A DNA stretch of 63,883 nt, filler included, from an uncultured Methanosarcinales archaeon (GTDB lineage Archaea > Nanobdellota > Nanobdellia > Woesearchaeales > CAYXTQ01): the NCBI GenBank assembly GCA_964608065.1. It is 5 parts of 5 records of this genome, joined end to end, with 100 filler letters (N's around TTAATTAATTAA, not from the genome) between each part and the next. Parts side by side here need not be neighbours in the genome. Positions count along the whole stretch, not along the records: positions 15,994 to 31,750 come from CAZSMA010000030.1; positions 31,851 to 46,974 come from CAZSMA010000031.1; 3 more parts are not named here. One strand, written 5' to 3'. The notes under the pieces were generated by a model. The model was not told the origin of the DNA and made no database searches. It was given only the letters and a program-made list of their open reading frames with translations. The translations under genes were made by a program, and so were the position numbers. Shown in pieces: positions 29,346 through 40,054 of this stretch (position 1 is the stretch's first letter; each line of letters opens with the position of its first letter).

Positions 29346-30115
29346 TTTAAATTTTGTAATAGTTCTTTTGTCTTTAATGTATCTCCTAATGGATCTGGGC
29401 TTTCGTTTATAATAGTTATGTTTGTTTTTCTTTTCAAGAGTTCTTTAAGCAGAAGTTTGGTTTCATCCATATCTGTTAGAATATGCTTTTTTTCACCTTT
29501 AGTTGTCCATTCTATTCCTGAGAAATGAGCATGAATGTGTTTAAAGTGTTTTATTTTATCAAATATTTCTTCATAGTTGATTTTGCCAAGGTTTCTTGCT
29601 TTCATATGTGCAAAGTCAATAGTAAAATGGCATTTAGTGTCTTTGACTAACTGCAAAGTTTCATCTAGATTTCCAAATACATTGATTTTTCCTGTTGTTT
29701 CTGGAGCTAGTTTTACATTCCATTTTTTCTCTTTTATTTTTTTTTTTATTGCTAGGATGTAATTTTTTATTAGCTCGTATGTTTCTTGTTTTGTTCTTTT
29801 TCCATAGAAGCCTGGGTGAAATACAATGTAATCTGCTCCTAAATGATGGCCTCTTTCACAGGATTGCAAGATTCTGTTTATAGAAGCATAGATTTTAGAT
29901 TTTTCATCAGAAGCTAAGTTGATGAAGAATGGTGCGTGTATACTTGTTTTTAATTTTAGTTTTTTTATTAAATTACCTGTTGTTTTTGCTGATTCATTTG
30001 TCATATAGACTTGTCTGACAAATTCTATTTCAACTGCATTAAGGCCTAATTCTTTGATATGTTTTAAGCCCTGCAGTGATTCTCCACCAACACCTGCTGG
30101 TCCGAGATAGATCAT
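29342..30115 (-). CDS. Endonuclease IV-like TIM-barrel
   Basis: SIHAPFFINL, VFHPGFY, PETTGK, IDFAH, HAHFSGI, INESP. Confidence 0.9.
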   Translation of the reverse strand: MIYLGPAGVGGESLQGLKHIKELGLNAVEIEFVRQVYMTNESAKTTGNLIKKLKLKTSIHAPFFINLASDEKSKIYASINRILQSCERGHHLGADYIVFHPGFYGKRTKQETYELIKNYILAIKKKIKEKKWNVKLAPETTGKINVFGNLDETLQLVKDTKCHFTIDFAHMKARNLGKINYEEIFDKIKHFKHIHAHFSGIEWTTKGEKKHILTDMDETKLLLKELLKRKTNITIINESPDPLGDTLKTKELLQNLK

Positions 30116-31341
30116 TTTTCCTGTTTGACCTCTACTCCAATGAAGAATTTAGATAGTTTAACTACAACAGTAGAGATTATTATTGAATATAGTAAGAATG
30201 CTAAAGTCAGATTAAGTATTGTTGTTAAATCAGGGGATGTGAATAAAGCGCTTGTTTTATCCAGGAATAGCATTGATAAAGTGAATGCAACTACTGCAAC
30301 TGCAATTCCTTTCTGGACATTAAGACTCATGAATATTTTTTCTTTTAAAGTGAAGTCTGAGTGAGAGAAGTTAAGCATTATTGCTAAGAATCGGATTATT
30401 ATGAATATGATGAATAAAAAAATAGATTTAATGATGAAGTCTGAGCTTAATGGAAAGTCAATTAATAATCCTATTAAAACAAAGACTAAGATTTCTAAAG
30501 AGTTTGCAAACATTGAAGAGAATTCATGTAATTGAGCTTTCTCTTTTACATAGAATGAGCCAAACATAACACCCATGACAGTTACTGCTAAAACTCCGTT
30601 TCCACCTAAGTTTTCTGCTAAGATGTAAGTTAGCAATGCTGCTGTTATGATTGCTAATGGTGACAAAGTAGCTGAGTATTTTTTCCTCATTACTTTGAAT
30701 ACTATGATTCCAACAAGGATTCCTGCTCCTATGCCTGAAACAAATTGCTGGAGGAATGGACCAAACTGCTGCATAAACAATGAAACTTCTGAGACATTGA
30801 TACCTTGTTTTGTTGATTGGATTAAGTCAACAATTATGAAAGGTATTAGCACAATTAAAGGTGTGTTTAGAATTGATTCTATTTCCAGCATTTTTGCAAT
30901 TCTGTTTTTTGATTCCTGAAACATTGCTAATACTGCATCTGGTGATGTGCCTGACATTAATGCTGAGAATAAAACAACAATTAAGATAGAGGATATTTTG
31001 AAGACATAGGCTGTGAATATAGAAAGAAAGACTAAGTTTAGTAAAAGGAATATTCCTGTAAGTCTTAGAGCCCTTATAGAGAATGTGTCAAATTCTTTTA
31101 TCTTAAATCTGGAGGCTGCATCAAATACAATCATTACTAATGCTAAGATTGCTATTGAAGTAAGGAATATTCCTGGGAAATGTATTAAAGATTCTCCTTT
31201 GTATTGCACTTTGTTTAATGCTATTCCTACCAGAAGTAATAGTAATATATTTGATATTTTTAGATAGCGAGATAGAGAGGTGCATATGATTCCAATAAGA
31301 AGGATTACTGCTATGTATGTTAAATAGAGTAATGGTTCCAT
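30112..31341 (-). CDS. CPA1 Na+(K+)/H+ antiporter (NhaP-like)
   Basis: About 12 TMs, SGTSPDAV, LEIESILNTP, GGNGVLAV, KGIAVAV. Confidence 0.88.
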   Translation of the reverse strand: MEPLLYLTYIAVILLIGIICTSLSRYLKISNILLLLLVGIALNKVQYKGESLIHFPGIFLTSIAILALVMIVFDAASRFKIKEFDTFSIRALRLTGIFLLLNLVFLSIFTAYVFKISSILIVVLFSALMSGTSPDAVLAMFQESKNRIAKMLEIESILNTPLIVLIPFIIVDLIQSTKQGINVSEVSLFMQQFGPFLQQFVSGIGAGILVGIIVFKVMRKKYSATLSPLAIITAALLTYILAENLGGNGVLAVTVMGVMFGSFYVKEKAQLHEFSSMFANSLEILVFVLIGLLIDFPLSSDFIIKSIFLFIIFIIIRFLAIMLNFSHSDFTLKEKIFMSLNVQKGIAVAVVAFTLSMLFLDKTSALFTSPDLTTILNLTLAFLLYSIIISTVVVKLSKFFIGVEVKQEK

Positions 31342-31381
31342 TATTCACCTCTTTTTGATTTAATTAAAATTGTTGAATTTA

Positions 31382-31750
31382 TTAAGGTTGTGGTTTATCT
31401 TGTTCTAAATGTAATAGGTTTCTGAAACCTGGTGTCCATTCATCTGTTATCATTAGAACTGAGTCTACTGTTCTGATTACGTATGGGAAGCTTTTTTTTA
31501 GGTCTTCTATGATTTTGTAATATTCCTGATAAGAACTTACAACAAGTTCTGGTTCTATTTGCCAGATGTTTCTGATATAGTAATGGACATTTGGCAAGCG
31601 TGAAATATATTCTAAGAGTTTTTGTTCATCTTCTTTTGTGTATCTGTCTAATCTGATTATTGCTTTGTACAGTTCTAATCCTAATTTGTTTAAATCAATC
31701 CCAATTCTGTAATGTATTATTATCTCTTTTTCTTCTAATTTTTTTAATTT
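31382..31750 (-). CDS. Lrp/AsnC-family regulator, C-terminal part (5' end lost at contig end)
   Basis: KLKKLEEKEIIIHYRIGIDLNKLG followed by a RAM-like domain. Confidence 0.75.
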   Translation of the reverse strand, partial: KLKKLEEKEIIIHYRIGIDLNKLGLELYKAIIRLDRYTKEDEQKLLEYISRLPNVHYYIRNIWQIEPELVVSSYQEYYKIIEDLKKSFPYVIRTVDSVLMITDEWTPGFRNLLHLEQDKPQP

Positions 31751-31794
31751 NNNNNNNNNNNNNNNNNNNNNNNNNNNNNNNNNNNNNNNNNNNN

Positions 31795-31806
31795 TTAATT
31801 AATTAA
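31795..31806. other. Artificial contig linker TTAATTAATTAA
   Basis: N-flanked 12-mer. Confidence 0.9.
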
Positions 31807-31971
31807 NNNNNNNNNNNNNNNNNNNNNNNNNNNNNNNNNNNNNNNNNNNNTTCTTTTTTTTTAACTTTTTTTTTTTTATTTTTAAAAAAAAAAAAAAAAA
31901 AGAATTTTTTGGAAAAAAAGAAAAAAAAAAAAAAAAAAAAAAACAGTTTGAATTGCTCTGGAAAACGGCGA

Positions 31972-32454
31972 CTAAATAATTTCAAACTTTCCCCTTACTT
32001 CATCAATATAATCATTATTCAAATTCTTAATAACGAGTTTCATTTTCAAAACAAACTCTTCTGCATCATTTAACAATTCCTCAGCAATCTCTTTTGTAAT
32101 TTCATCTTTATCTGTTGTTACATAATATTGCTCGTCAATTCTTTCCTTTTTTTGCGTCTGAAATAAGTTTGAACAACTCATTCTCTTCAAATAATAATTT
32201 AAGCAATAAAATTGATCCGCCATGATTCTCGCATTTGATTCATACCCTAAATAACAAAGCAGTAAGAAGATTATACATAACATAGTAAGACATGCCAATG
32301 GAACTTTCATATAGATTATTTTGTAATAGCAATTTTGCAGATTTCAAACAATTGGCAGACTTTTTCTGAATAAGAGTCTTGAATCTCTTCGGATGATTCA
32401 ACCAACTCCAGCTTTTCCTCTTTTTTTCAGCTTATTCAGAAATTTGTTTGTCAT
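31972..32454 (-). pseudogene. HEPN-domain gene disrupted by three A-run frameshifts and an in-frame TGA
   Basis: Reconstructs to MTNKFLNKLKKEEKLELV...SYYVMYNLLTALLFRV*IKCENH...AKKERIDEQYY; start overlaps the MNT stop. Confidence 0.75.
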
Positions 32455-32983
32455 AAAACACCTCAATTCCTCTAATGATTATGTGATCTTTTATAATTTC
32501 TTTGATTAATGGAGATTTAATATCAAAAGTACCAATCTTAACACTAATTTTGGAGTGTATATCCTCAACCGATTTTTTAACATTTCTGCTTTTAGTTTCA
32601 ATGTAAATATCAATATCGCTATCCTTTTTAGCTAATCCTTTTGCATAAGAACCAAAAAGAATGATTAACTTCTCGTATGTCTTTTTCAGAATCTCCTCAA
32701 AGACAATACTGAATTCAGGATGGTTTCTCAACAGCTTTGCTAATTTATGTGATTCTGCCTGTAAAATATAAGTGCGCGAAGTTATGTTTTTTTTTAGAAA
32801 AAAGATCTTATTCTTTCCCTCTTTCCTAGAATCAATAACATTCTCTTTCTTAAGATTATTGAGCTTCCTTAAAATAGTTGAATGAGATTCGTCCAGCTTC
32901 TTAGCAATACCTCTAATATAGTTATCAGATTTTAACAATAATTCTATAATATCCAGTTCCAAATTGTTTCTTTTTTGAACCAT
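32432..32983 (-). CDS. wHTH + minimal nucleotidyltransferase (MNT)
   Basis: N-terminal HTH, LFGSYAKG...SDIDI; start set at MVQKRN. Confidence 0.9.
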   Translation of the reverse strand: MVQKRNNLELDIIELLLKSDNYIRGIAKKLDESHSTILRKLNNLKKENVIDSRKEGKNKIFFLKKNITSRTYILQAESHKLAKLLRNHPEFSIVFEEILKKTYEKLIILFGSYAKGLAKKDSDIDIYIETKSRNVKKSVEDIHSKISVKIGTFDIKSPLIKEIIKDHIIIRGIEVFYDKQISE

Positions 32984-33229
32984 ATATACCAAATATGAAC
33001 CAATAATATATAAAGATTTCGGTTTCTAAACTGATACCCTCCGGATTACCTAATGAGACAGCACTTTGTGCTGGATAAAATAGAAATTGCACTTTATTCT
33101 CTTAGCTCAACAAAAGTAAATCCGCTAATCTAGAACATAGAATGATATTTTTAAGATAAGATTAACAATGTTAAGTTAGGTCGGTTTGCAATAAAATTTA
33201 AAAAGAAAAAAAGAAAAAAGAAAAAAAAA

Positions 33230-36200
33230 TTATTCTGTAGTGTCGTATTTATCATCACAGTCTGGATCAGCTAAGTCAACTAATCCGTCTCCGTCGTTAT
33301 CGAAGTAATCTCTGCATTCAGCATATCTATCTTTTTCATTGCTGTCTCTTGCAACGTATTTTCCAGCAGTGTAACATCCTGGATCATTTCTGTCTATATT
33401 TCCATCTCCATCGTTGTCAACACCATCTGCACAATCATAAGATATGCTATTGTATTCACTGTTGTCAAATATTGTAGTTTTACATCCTGGATCATTGAAG
33501 TCCATTAATCCATCATCATCATTGTCAATACAATCATCACATTGTGTGTTTCCTAGTTCCTGATCATCTTCTGGGCTTAAACAAAATGGATCATCAGGAT
33601 AATCAATTAATCCATCGCAGTCATTGTCTTTTTTATCATTACATTCATAAACGTCCTTACAATCATTTGAGCAATCATCATCATCTATGCTATTGCCATC
33701 ATCGCATTCTTCTCCTGCATCAATAACATTATTACCGCAAAGTTCTCCGCATTCATAGTATAGGATGAATCCATCGTCATCTATAGCAGCTCTTATGTAA
33801 GCGTCTGCTTTGTTTGTGTTGTTGTTTGGGAAAACTTCATCCTGATCAGAGTCTGGAGTTGTGTAGTTTGAGTAGATTCCGTCTCCTTGGTTTTCTAATG
33901 CATTACTATTAGTTGAATCGTCATTAAATCCTGTTATGAATGCGTTTTCAAATATTACAGATGCATCAACAACTTCAACATTGCCATTACCTGAATTATT
34001 TCCGTGTAAAACAATTCTAATCCAGCCTTGGCCTCTTTCCAGAGCTAATCCATTTACGTCTTCAACTAATGATTCATCTAAGATGAATTTATCAGTGTTG
34101 TTTACTAAGTCAATGTAGGTGTTATCTCCATAAATTATCTTATCAGGGCCAACATATGTTCTTGCAAATGTTTTTCCTGATATATCTGTAATATTGTAGT
34201 TATGCACTTTATCAAAGTCAATCTTGACTCTGGCTTGTTCAGGACAAGTTGGAGTTAAAGTACAATCATTTTCACATCCATCGTTTGGAATATTGTTTCC
34301 GTCATCACAATCCTCATGACCAACCCAGATGTAACCATCTCCACAAGTTGGCAAAGTACAATTAGTTAAGCAAGAATCTGTGTTGTTTGTATTTGCATCA
34401 TCGCATTCTTCAGTTTGATTGTATCCGTTTGGAGCTTGGATAATATTATCACCGCAATAAGTCCACATACATTCGTTAGTACATTGGTCATTAGTGATAT
34501 TGTTATTATCATTACATTCTGCACCACAAAGTCCTGGTACACAAAGTGTGTTTATTGGAGGTGTATCACAAGTTGGCTGGCAATTTGTACATGAACAATT
34601 GCCTTCACAAGTATTAGTACATGAGTTTGTAACAGTTGTGTTGTCTAAAATGCTGTTAATGTTATATTCTACTAATTTAGTGGAGTTACAATAATCATTA
34701 AATGTTGATATACATGTGTTGTTATTGCAATCAGCATCTTGTTCGCATTCTGCTCCACATTGAGCAACATCACATTCATGAGTTATGTTTTCATTTCCTT
34801 CTGTACATAAATCATTAGCTTCATCACAGACAGAGGTGAATTCTGTTCTGAAATCCCATGTATATGGGATTGCGTCTGGGTCATAAAGACACATTTCAAT
34901 ACTTGTAATGTTATTTCCTGAACAATCCTTATTATCATATAAGCAAGAGTCTGTAGGTTCATCACATCTATCATTTATTGTACACCATAAACCATCATCA
35001 CAGTCAATTGGAGTTCCTGGAACACAAGCTGCAGCACTGCAGGTTTCTGTTCCATTACAATATAATCCATCATTACAGTCTTTTATATTTGTAGTTTGAA
35101 CTGTACATGCAAGGTTTACACATATTCCTTCATCATGAGTTATATTATCTCCAGTACAATAATCGTTATCTAAATGATTACAGTTATCGTTATCTATGCA
35201 TTCAGCTAAGATAACAATCCTTTGTTTTTCATTATCAGTGTAATCACATTCAGTTGGCGTGATTGATGCATTTGCAATTATTGTATAATTTCCTGCTGAT
35301 AATCCTGTTGTATCCCAGCTTTTCCATCCAGAACTTGGGATATATTTTGATTGAGCAATAGCTAGGCTGTAATCATGAGTCCATGATTGAATTGTAGCAG
35401 TAGTTGGATCAATAATAGCAATTTCAAAGTGGACTGTTTCATTAAAGTCTCCTTCATTAGTTCCTTTTGATTTTATTTCATATGTATTTCCTATGACTAA
35501 ATAAGCTGGATCAGCTGAGTAACCATTAACATTGATTCCATTTACTGTGTAGGTTCCGTCTATTGCGACATCATGGCAAAATGTTTTATTATTTTCACAC
35601 CCACAGCTGTTTAGATTACATGTATCAATAGTTGTGTCATCTTGATCATCACAATCTAAGTCAACTGCGCATGCTGCACCGCAAACTCCTTTTACACAGT
35701 GTGTTGTTGGTGTTGCTGAGCAATCAGGTGTACAATCTGTACATCCACAATCAGATTCACATGTGTTGTCGCATGTATTTGTTACATTGTGCGGATCTAA
35801 GATATTGTTGTTATTATAATCAACTAATTTAGTTCCACTACATGAATCAAGATAAGTTGTTGCACAAGCATTTGGCGAACAATCATCATTTGAGTCGCAA
35901 GTTGCTCCGCATTGACCTAGAACACATTGATAATTGAATAGGTCATAAGTACAACCACAAACTGCATCGCAATTACCTTTTGAATCACGAGTTCCTAGTT
36001 TATTATTTTGACAGTCTGTTGTTGACTGTGTACAGTAAGGATTGTCAAAAGTGTTAGGTGATTCACACTGATCTAATAAATTGATTATTCCGTCTCCACA
36101 ATATGGTTGTGTTTCGTATTCACAACCGCAAGTGTTTAAGTTACATGTGTCTGTTGTGTGAACATTGCTATCATCACAATCTGCATCTACAGCACATGTT

Positions 36201-37864
36201 GCCCCACAGTAATTTTTTATACATTGGTATGAGAAATCATCATAATCACAAGCACAGCCACTGCCACAATTACCTTTTGAATCTCTTGTTCCTAATTTAT
36301 TTCCAGAACAATCGCTTGTTGATTGTGTACAATAAGGGTTATTTACATAACCTGCCATTGGGAAGGGTGGTTCGCATGTTTCTCCTGCATCTACATTGCC
36401 ATCTCCACATGTTGGTGTTGCGCAAGTACAGTCTGTTTCAGATGTACAGCTTGGATTTCTGCAATGATTTGATGAGCAAGTATAACTACCATCACAGCCT
36501 ATAGCTGCTGTACATACAGCATTACATGTGTCTGGTTTTTTACAATCAGAACTGCATCCATCTCCATTTACATTATTACCATCATCACATTCTTCTCCTG
36601 TATCTATGTTACCATCTCCACAATATGAACCTTCACATCCACAGGTTTGTAGATTACAGGTTTGTCCTTCTGTACAATCATCATTACTATCACAACCTGC
36701 ACCACAAACATCGTTTACACAATAAGTTTGTGGAGTAGCTGAGCAATCAGTATTACAATCTGTACATGTGCAATCATTTTCACATGTATTATCACAAGAA
36801 TCTGTAACTGTTTTTGAATTTTCTATTTTGTCTCCATTATAATCTTTTAATTTTTTTCCAACACAAGCATCATTATATGTTTCAGAGCAAGAATTATCTT
36901 CACAATCACCATTTGAATCACATTGTGCTCCACATTCTCCTTCTACACATTGGTAATTGAAAGTATCATAAGTGCAACCGCATAAAGAATTGCAGTTACC
37001 TTTTGAATCTCTTGTGCCTAATTTGTTTCCTAAACATTCTTCAGTTGTTTGAGTACAGAAAAAATTGTTATTCCAACCAATCATTGAGAACGGTGGTTCA
37101 CATGTTTCTCCTGCTCCAACATTTCCATCTCCACAGTAAGGCTGAGTTTCATGCTCGCATGAGCATGTGTTTAAATTGCATGTGTCTAAAGTATTAGGAT
37201 TGCCATCGTTACAATCTGCATTAACAGCGCAAGTTGCTCCGCAAACATCTGCTACACAGTATGAGCTTTTTGAAGGCGCGCTGCAATCTGTTTCACAATC
37301 CTGGCATGTGCAGTCACCTAAGCAAGTATTACTGCACGAGTCTGTTATTGTAGTTGAATCCTTTTTCTTGTCACTATCATATTCAACTAAATTATGATTA
37401 TAACAATAATCTGAGTATGTTTTAGAGCATGAATTATCTTGACAGGTATCGAGAGTATCGCATTCCTCACTTTCCTGGTTAATTCTTTCATCACCACATT
37501 CTGCTACATGGTCTCCTTCACAGAAATTATATCCAAAACCGGTGTCTATGTGGCAGTGAAATCCTTCACAGCAAACATCACTGTATCTATCAGGATCATC
37601 AACGTCGTTTTCACAAGGATAAGCATGACGTCCGCAGCATTCTCCATCTACGCATTTCATAACATTAGTATATGAGCCTGAGCAGATTGAAGCATCATCT
37701 GAGCAGTTTGTTCCTGGAGCTGCAAAACATTTGTGGTAATAGCAAATGCGGCTTTCACAGTCAGCAGGCCTTTCGCACCTCTCACCTGGTCCTGCAAGAG
37801 CAAATGCTGTTCCAATAAATATTAAACTAACTAACAGAAGTAAAGCTATTTTTTTTATTTTCAT
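33230..37864 (-). CDS. Giant secreted Cys-rich repeat protein (1544 aa)
   Basis: Signal peptide; CGDG..EECDDGN repeats (DUF4215-like); three GNKLGTRDSKGNC repeats; CARDB-like domain; C-terminal CxDxxDNDxDGxxD repeats. Confidence 0.9.
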   Translation of the reverse strand: MKIKKIALLLLVSLIFIGTAFALAGPGERCERPADCESRICYYHKCFAAPGTNCSDDASICSGSYTNVMKCVDGECCGRHAYPCENDVDDPDRYSDVCCEGFHCHIDTGFGYNFCEGDHVAECGDERINQESEECDTLDTCQDNSCSKTYSDYCYNHNLVEYDSDKKKDSTTITDSCSNTCLGDCTCQDCETDCSAPSKSSYCVADVCGATCAVNADCNDGNPNTLDTCNLNTCSCEHETQPYCGDGNVGAGETCEPPFSMIGWNNNFFCTQTTEECLGNKLGTRDSKGNCNSLCGCTYDTFNYQCVEGECGAQCDSNGDCEDNSCSETYNDACVGKKLKDYNGDKIENSKTVTDSCDNTCENDCTCTDCNTDCSATPQTYCVNDVCGAGCDSNDDCTEGQTCNLQTCGCEGSYCGDGNIDTGEECDDGNNVNGDGCSSDCKKPDTCNAVCTAAIGCDGSYTCSSNHCRNPSCTSETDCTCATPTCGDGNVDAGETCEPPFPMAGYVNNPYCTQSTSDCSGNKLGTRDSKGNCGSGCACDYDDFSYQCIKNYCGATCAVDADCDDSNVHTTDTCNLNTCGCEYETQPYCGDGIINLLDQCESPNTFDNPYCTQSTTDCQNNKLGTRDSKGNCDAVCGCTYDLFNYQCVLGQCGATCDSNDDCSPNACATTYLDSCSGTKLVDYNNNNILDPHNVTNTCDNTCESDCGCTDCTPDCSATPTTHCVKGVCGAACAVDLDCDDQDDTTIDTCNLNSCGCENNKTFCHDVAIDGTYTVNGINVNGYSADPAYLVIGNTYEIKSKGTNEGDFNETVHFEIAIIDPTTATIQSWTHDYSLAIAQSKYIPSSGWKSWDTTGLSAGNYTIIANASITPTECDYTDNEKQRIVILAECIDNDNCNHLDNDYCTGDNITHDEGICVNLACTVQTTNIKDCNDGLYCNGTETCSAAACVPGTPIDCDDGLWCTINDRCDEPTDSCLYDNKDCSGNNITSIEMCLYDPDAIPYTWDFRTEFTSVCDEANDLCTEGNENITHECDVAQCGAECEQDADCNNNTCISTFNDYCNSTKLVEYNINSILDNTTVTNSCTNTCEGNCSCTNCQPTCDTPPINTLCVPGLCGAECNDNNNITNDQCTNECMWTYCGDNIIQAPNGYNQTEECDDANTNNTDSCLTNCTLPTCGDGYIWVGHEDCDDGNNIPNDGCENDCTLTPTCPEQARVKIDFDKVHNYNITDISGKTFARTYVGPDKIIYGDNTYIDLVNNTDKFILDESLVEDVNGLALERGQGWIRIVLHGNNSGNGNVEVVDASVIFENAFITGFNDDSTNSNALENQGDGIYSNYTTPDSDQDEVFPNNNTNKADAYIRAAIDDDGFILYYECGELCGNNVIDAGEECDDGNSIDDDDCSNDCKDVYECNDKKDNDCDGLIDYPDDPFCLSPEDDQELGNTQCDDCIDNDDDGLMDFNDPGCKTTIFDNSEYNSISYDCADGVDNDGDGNIDRNDPGCYTAGKYVARDSNEKDRYAECRDYFDNDGDGLVDLADPDCDDKYDTTE

Positions 37865-38026
37865 TTTANNNNNNNNNNNNNNNNNNNNNNNNNNNNNNNN
37901 NNNNNNNNNNNNNNNNNNNNNNNNNNNNNNNNNNNNNNNNNNNNNNNNNNNNNNNNNNNNNNNNNNNNAAAAGGAAAAATCGAGTTCCCCTTGTGTAAAC
38001 CAAAAAGTTTATATATTATGTATAAC

Positions 38027-38068
38027 AAATTATCTAAAATAGATAATAAATTATCTAAAAATGATAAT
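38027..38068 (+). promoter_or_regulatory. Tandem palindromic operator before the MNT gene
   Basis: AAATTATCTAAAA at 38027 and 38048 (21-bp period); ATTATCTA-AAA-TAGATAAT palindrome; TTTATATA just upstream. Confidence 0.6.
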
Positions 38069-38909
38069 AAAATCTAATGATATGAAAGTGTTTAAGCATT
38101 TGATTAATCATTACTATAAAGAGTATTCAATCAAGGATCTTTCAAAAGAAACTAGGTTAAGTGTGCCTAAGCTGTACAAAACCATGGCTTTCTTAAAAAA
38201 AAAAAAACTGATTATAAAAGCCGAAAATAGAGTGGATTTGAGCAATATTTATACACAAAGCATAAAAAAGGTTATTGATGCTGAAAAAATACTTAAACTC
38301 TCACCAGATGTTTCAGCAACAATTGAAAGCTTTAAGGACAAGTTATTATTAAGCTATGAGAAATATATCCGCTCAATTGTTGTTTTTGGTTCTGTTGCGG
38401 TTGGTGATTTTGATAAAAAAAGCGATATTGATTTACTTATAATTGTGAAAAAAAAAATTGATTTTTCTTCAATACCTTTCGAAGGTCATACAATCATAAA
38501 AGACACTAAAGAAATAAATCAAGATTTTATAGATGGGGATGATTTTCTTCTTTCAATTCTGAAGTGCCATATAATATACTATGATAATAATGATACATTT
38601 TATTCATTATTACTTAAACCAATCCCTAAAGTGGGTAAAAAGGTTTTATTGCAGCGAGAAGGGTTATTAAAAGATTTTCAGGATTCTGTTTTTATTGAGT
38701 ATAAAAACAAACATTTTAGATATGCCTTAGAGAACTTTAAAACGTTTCTAATTGCAAAAGCAAGATTTGAATTAATCAAAAATAATGAAATACCGGTATC
38801 TAAAAAAGATACTTTGATTAAAGCAAAAAAAAAATTTCCTGATATAGTAGAAGATTATAATAAGACAACAAGGGATAATTTTAAGGAGATGGTGATGAAA
38901 TATGTCTGA
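38061..38909 (+). CDS. wHTH + MNT nucleotidyltransferase with C-terminal helical extension
   Basis: N-terminal HTH; VFGSVAVG...SDIDLLII. Confidence 0.88.
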   Translation: MIIKSNDMKVFKHLINHYYKEYSIKDLSKETRLSVPKLYKTMAFLKKKKLIIKAENRVDLSNIYTQSIKKVIDAEKILKLSPDVSATIESFKDKLLLSYEKYIRSIVVFGSVAVGDFDKKSDIDLLIIVKKKIDFSSIPFEGHTIIKDTKEINQDFIDGDDFLLSILKCHIIYYDNNDTFYSLLLKPIPKVGKKVLLQREGLLKDFQDSVFIEYKNKHFRYALENFKTFLIAKARFELIKNNEIPVSKKDTLIKAKKKFPDIVEDYNKTTRDNFKEMVMKYV

Positions 38910-39297
38910 TGCATTGGATAGGGCAAAGAAATCATATAAGTTAGTTCAGGAGGATTTGAAAAATATAGAAAAAAGTAAAGAAAGAGATGCCTTACCAAAA
39001 CTGCTAAACATTTATGAAAATTGTATAGACGCGATAAAAGATTTAAAAAATCAAAGGCCAGAAAAAGAACACAAGAGAAAAACAGTTATTTTTAAGAGGT
39101 ACTATGAGTTGGGGATACTCAAAAAAGACTATTCAGAAAGCCATAAAAGACTTCACAATTTGAAACAAATGGCAGAACATGGTCCCTATGCAAGGGAAAA
39201 AACACATAAACTAAAAGATGGAGAATTAGACAATTTTATAAAAGAGGCAAATGAATTAGCTTTAGAAACAGATGATATCATAAAGAGTTCAAAGTGA
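38902..39297 (+). CDS. HEPN-like helical partner of the MNT
   Basis: Overlaps the MNT stop, 131 aa, all-helical, degenerate KQMAEH motif. Confidence 0.6.
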   Translation: MSDALDRAKKSYKLVQEDLKNIEKSKERDALPKLLNIYENCIDAIKDLKNQRPEKEHKRKTVIFKRYYELGILKKDYSESHKRLHNLKQMAEHGPYAREKTHKLKDGELDNFIKEANELALETDDIIKSSK

Positions 39298-39385
39298 TTG
39301 ATATCTCTATTTAAATTTTATTTTAATAAAAAAAAAAAAAATAAAAAAAGTATGAGGGAGCTCTAAGAATTCCGTATTTACCTTA

Positions 39386-40054
39386 TCATTCCAATCTTAA
39401 AATAGATTTCTTATGCTTCTCGAAAATTATAGGATCTATGTATCCATAGACTCCTTGTAAGTCGTCTTTAAATTTTGAAGAAGTAATTTTGTCCTTTACT
39501 TTAGAAAATCTTTCTTTAAAATCATATTTTTTAGAAATCTCCTCCTTTATCCAGTCTTTTATTTTTGCTTTTGGCATCAACATGAAAATATCTCTTATGT
39601 CTGTGTTTCTGCAACTAATAAATTTTATTACTATTAGAGCATCAATATCTATAATCCTAAGTTTCAACTCTTCTGTAATTGTCTTTCCTTTAAGGAGTCT
39701 TAAGGAAGAATTCTTAAAAATCCAATCTGCAGTAAATGTTGTATTAGTCTGCCTGTCAAGAATCTCCTTGACTAATATGTCTATAGCCACTTCAATTTCT
39801 CCAATCTTTTTCTCATATCGTAAGAATTCTCCTTTGTAAGGAGTATTAACTTTTTCAGCTTCTATTAGTTTATATCCCTGTTCCTGCAGCGATTTTTGAA
39901 TTGCTTTGTTTTTTTCCATTATAACAATATCACAGTCAACAGAAAATCTTGGTAAGGCATAAGCATTTACTGCATAACCTCCAATTACTACAAAATCAAA
40001 CTTCTTTATCCTTTTTAATGTTTCAAAGATCTCCTTTTCCCTAAGCTGCAGCAT
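39386..40054 (-). CDS. Nucleotidyltransferase (AbiEii-like) toxin candidate
   Basis: VIGGYAVN..PRFSVDCDI, LIVIK...RNTDIRDI; start set at MLQLREK. Confidence 0.8.
   Translation of the reverse strand: MLQLREKEIFETLKRIKKFDFVVIGGYAVNAYALPRFSVDCDIVIMEKNKAIQKSLQEQGYKLIEAEKVNTPYKGEFLRYEKKIGEIEVAIDILVKEILDRQTNTTFTADWIFKNSSLRLLKGKTITEELKLRIIDIDALIVIKFISCRNTDIRDIFMLMPKAKIKDWIKEEISKKYDFKERFSKVKDKITSSKFKDDLQGVYGYIDPIIFEKHKKSILRLE

Noticed and set aside
31803..31985. Poly-F/K ORF
   Set aside because: Translation of homopolymer runs at a contig edge.
32190..32260. In-frame TGA as evidence of recoding or selenocysteine
   Set aside because: Many intact genes here end in TGA, and this gene also has frameshifts.
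33230..37864. Repeats as a CRISPR array or DGR template/variable pair
   Set aside because: In-frame protein repeats with no constant-repeat/spacer pattern, no adenine-specific mismatch pattern seen, and no cas or reverse transcriptase gene in the window.
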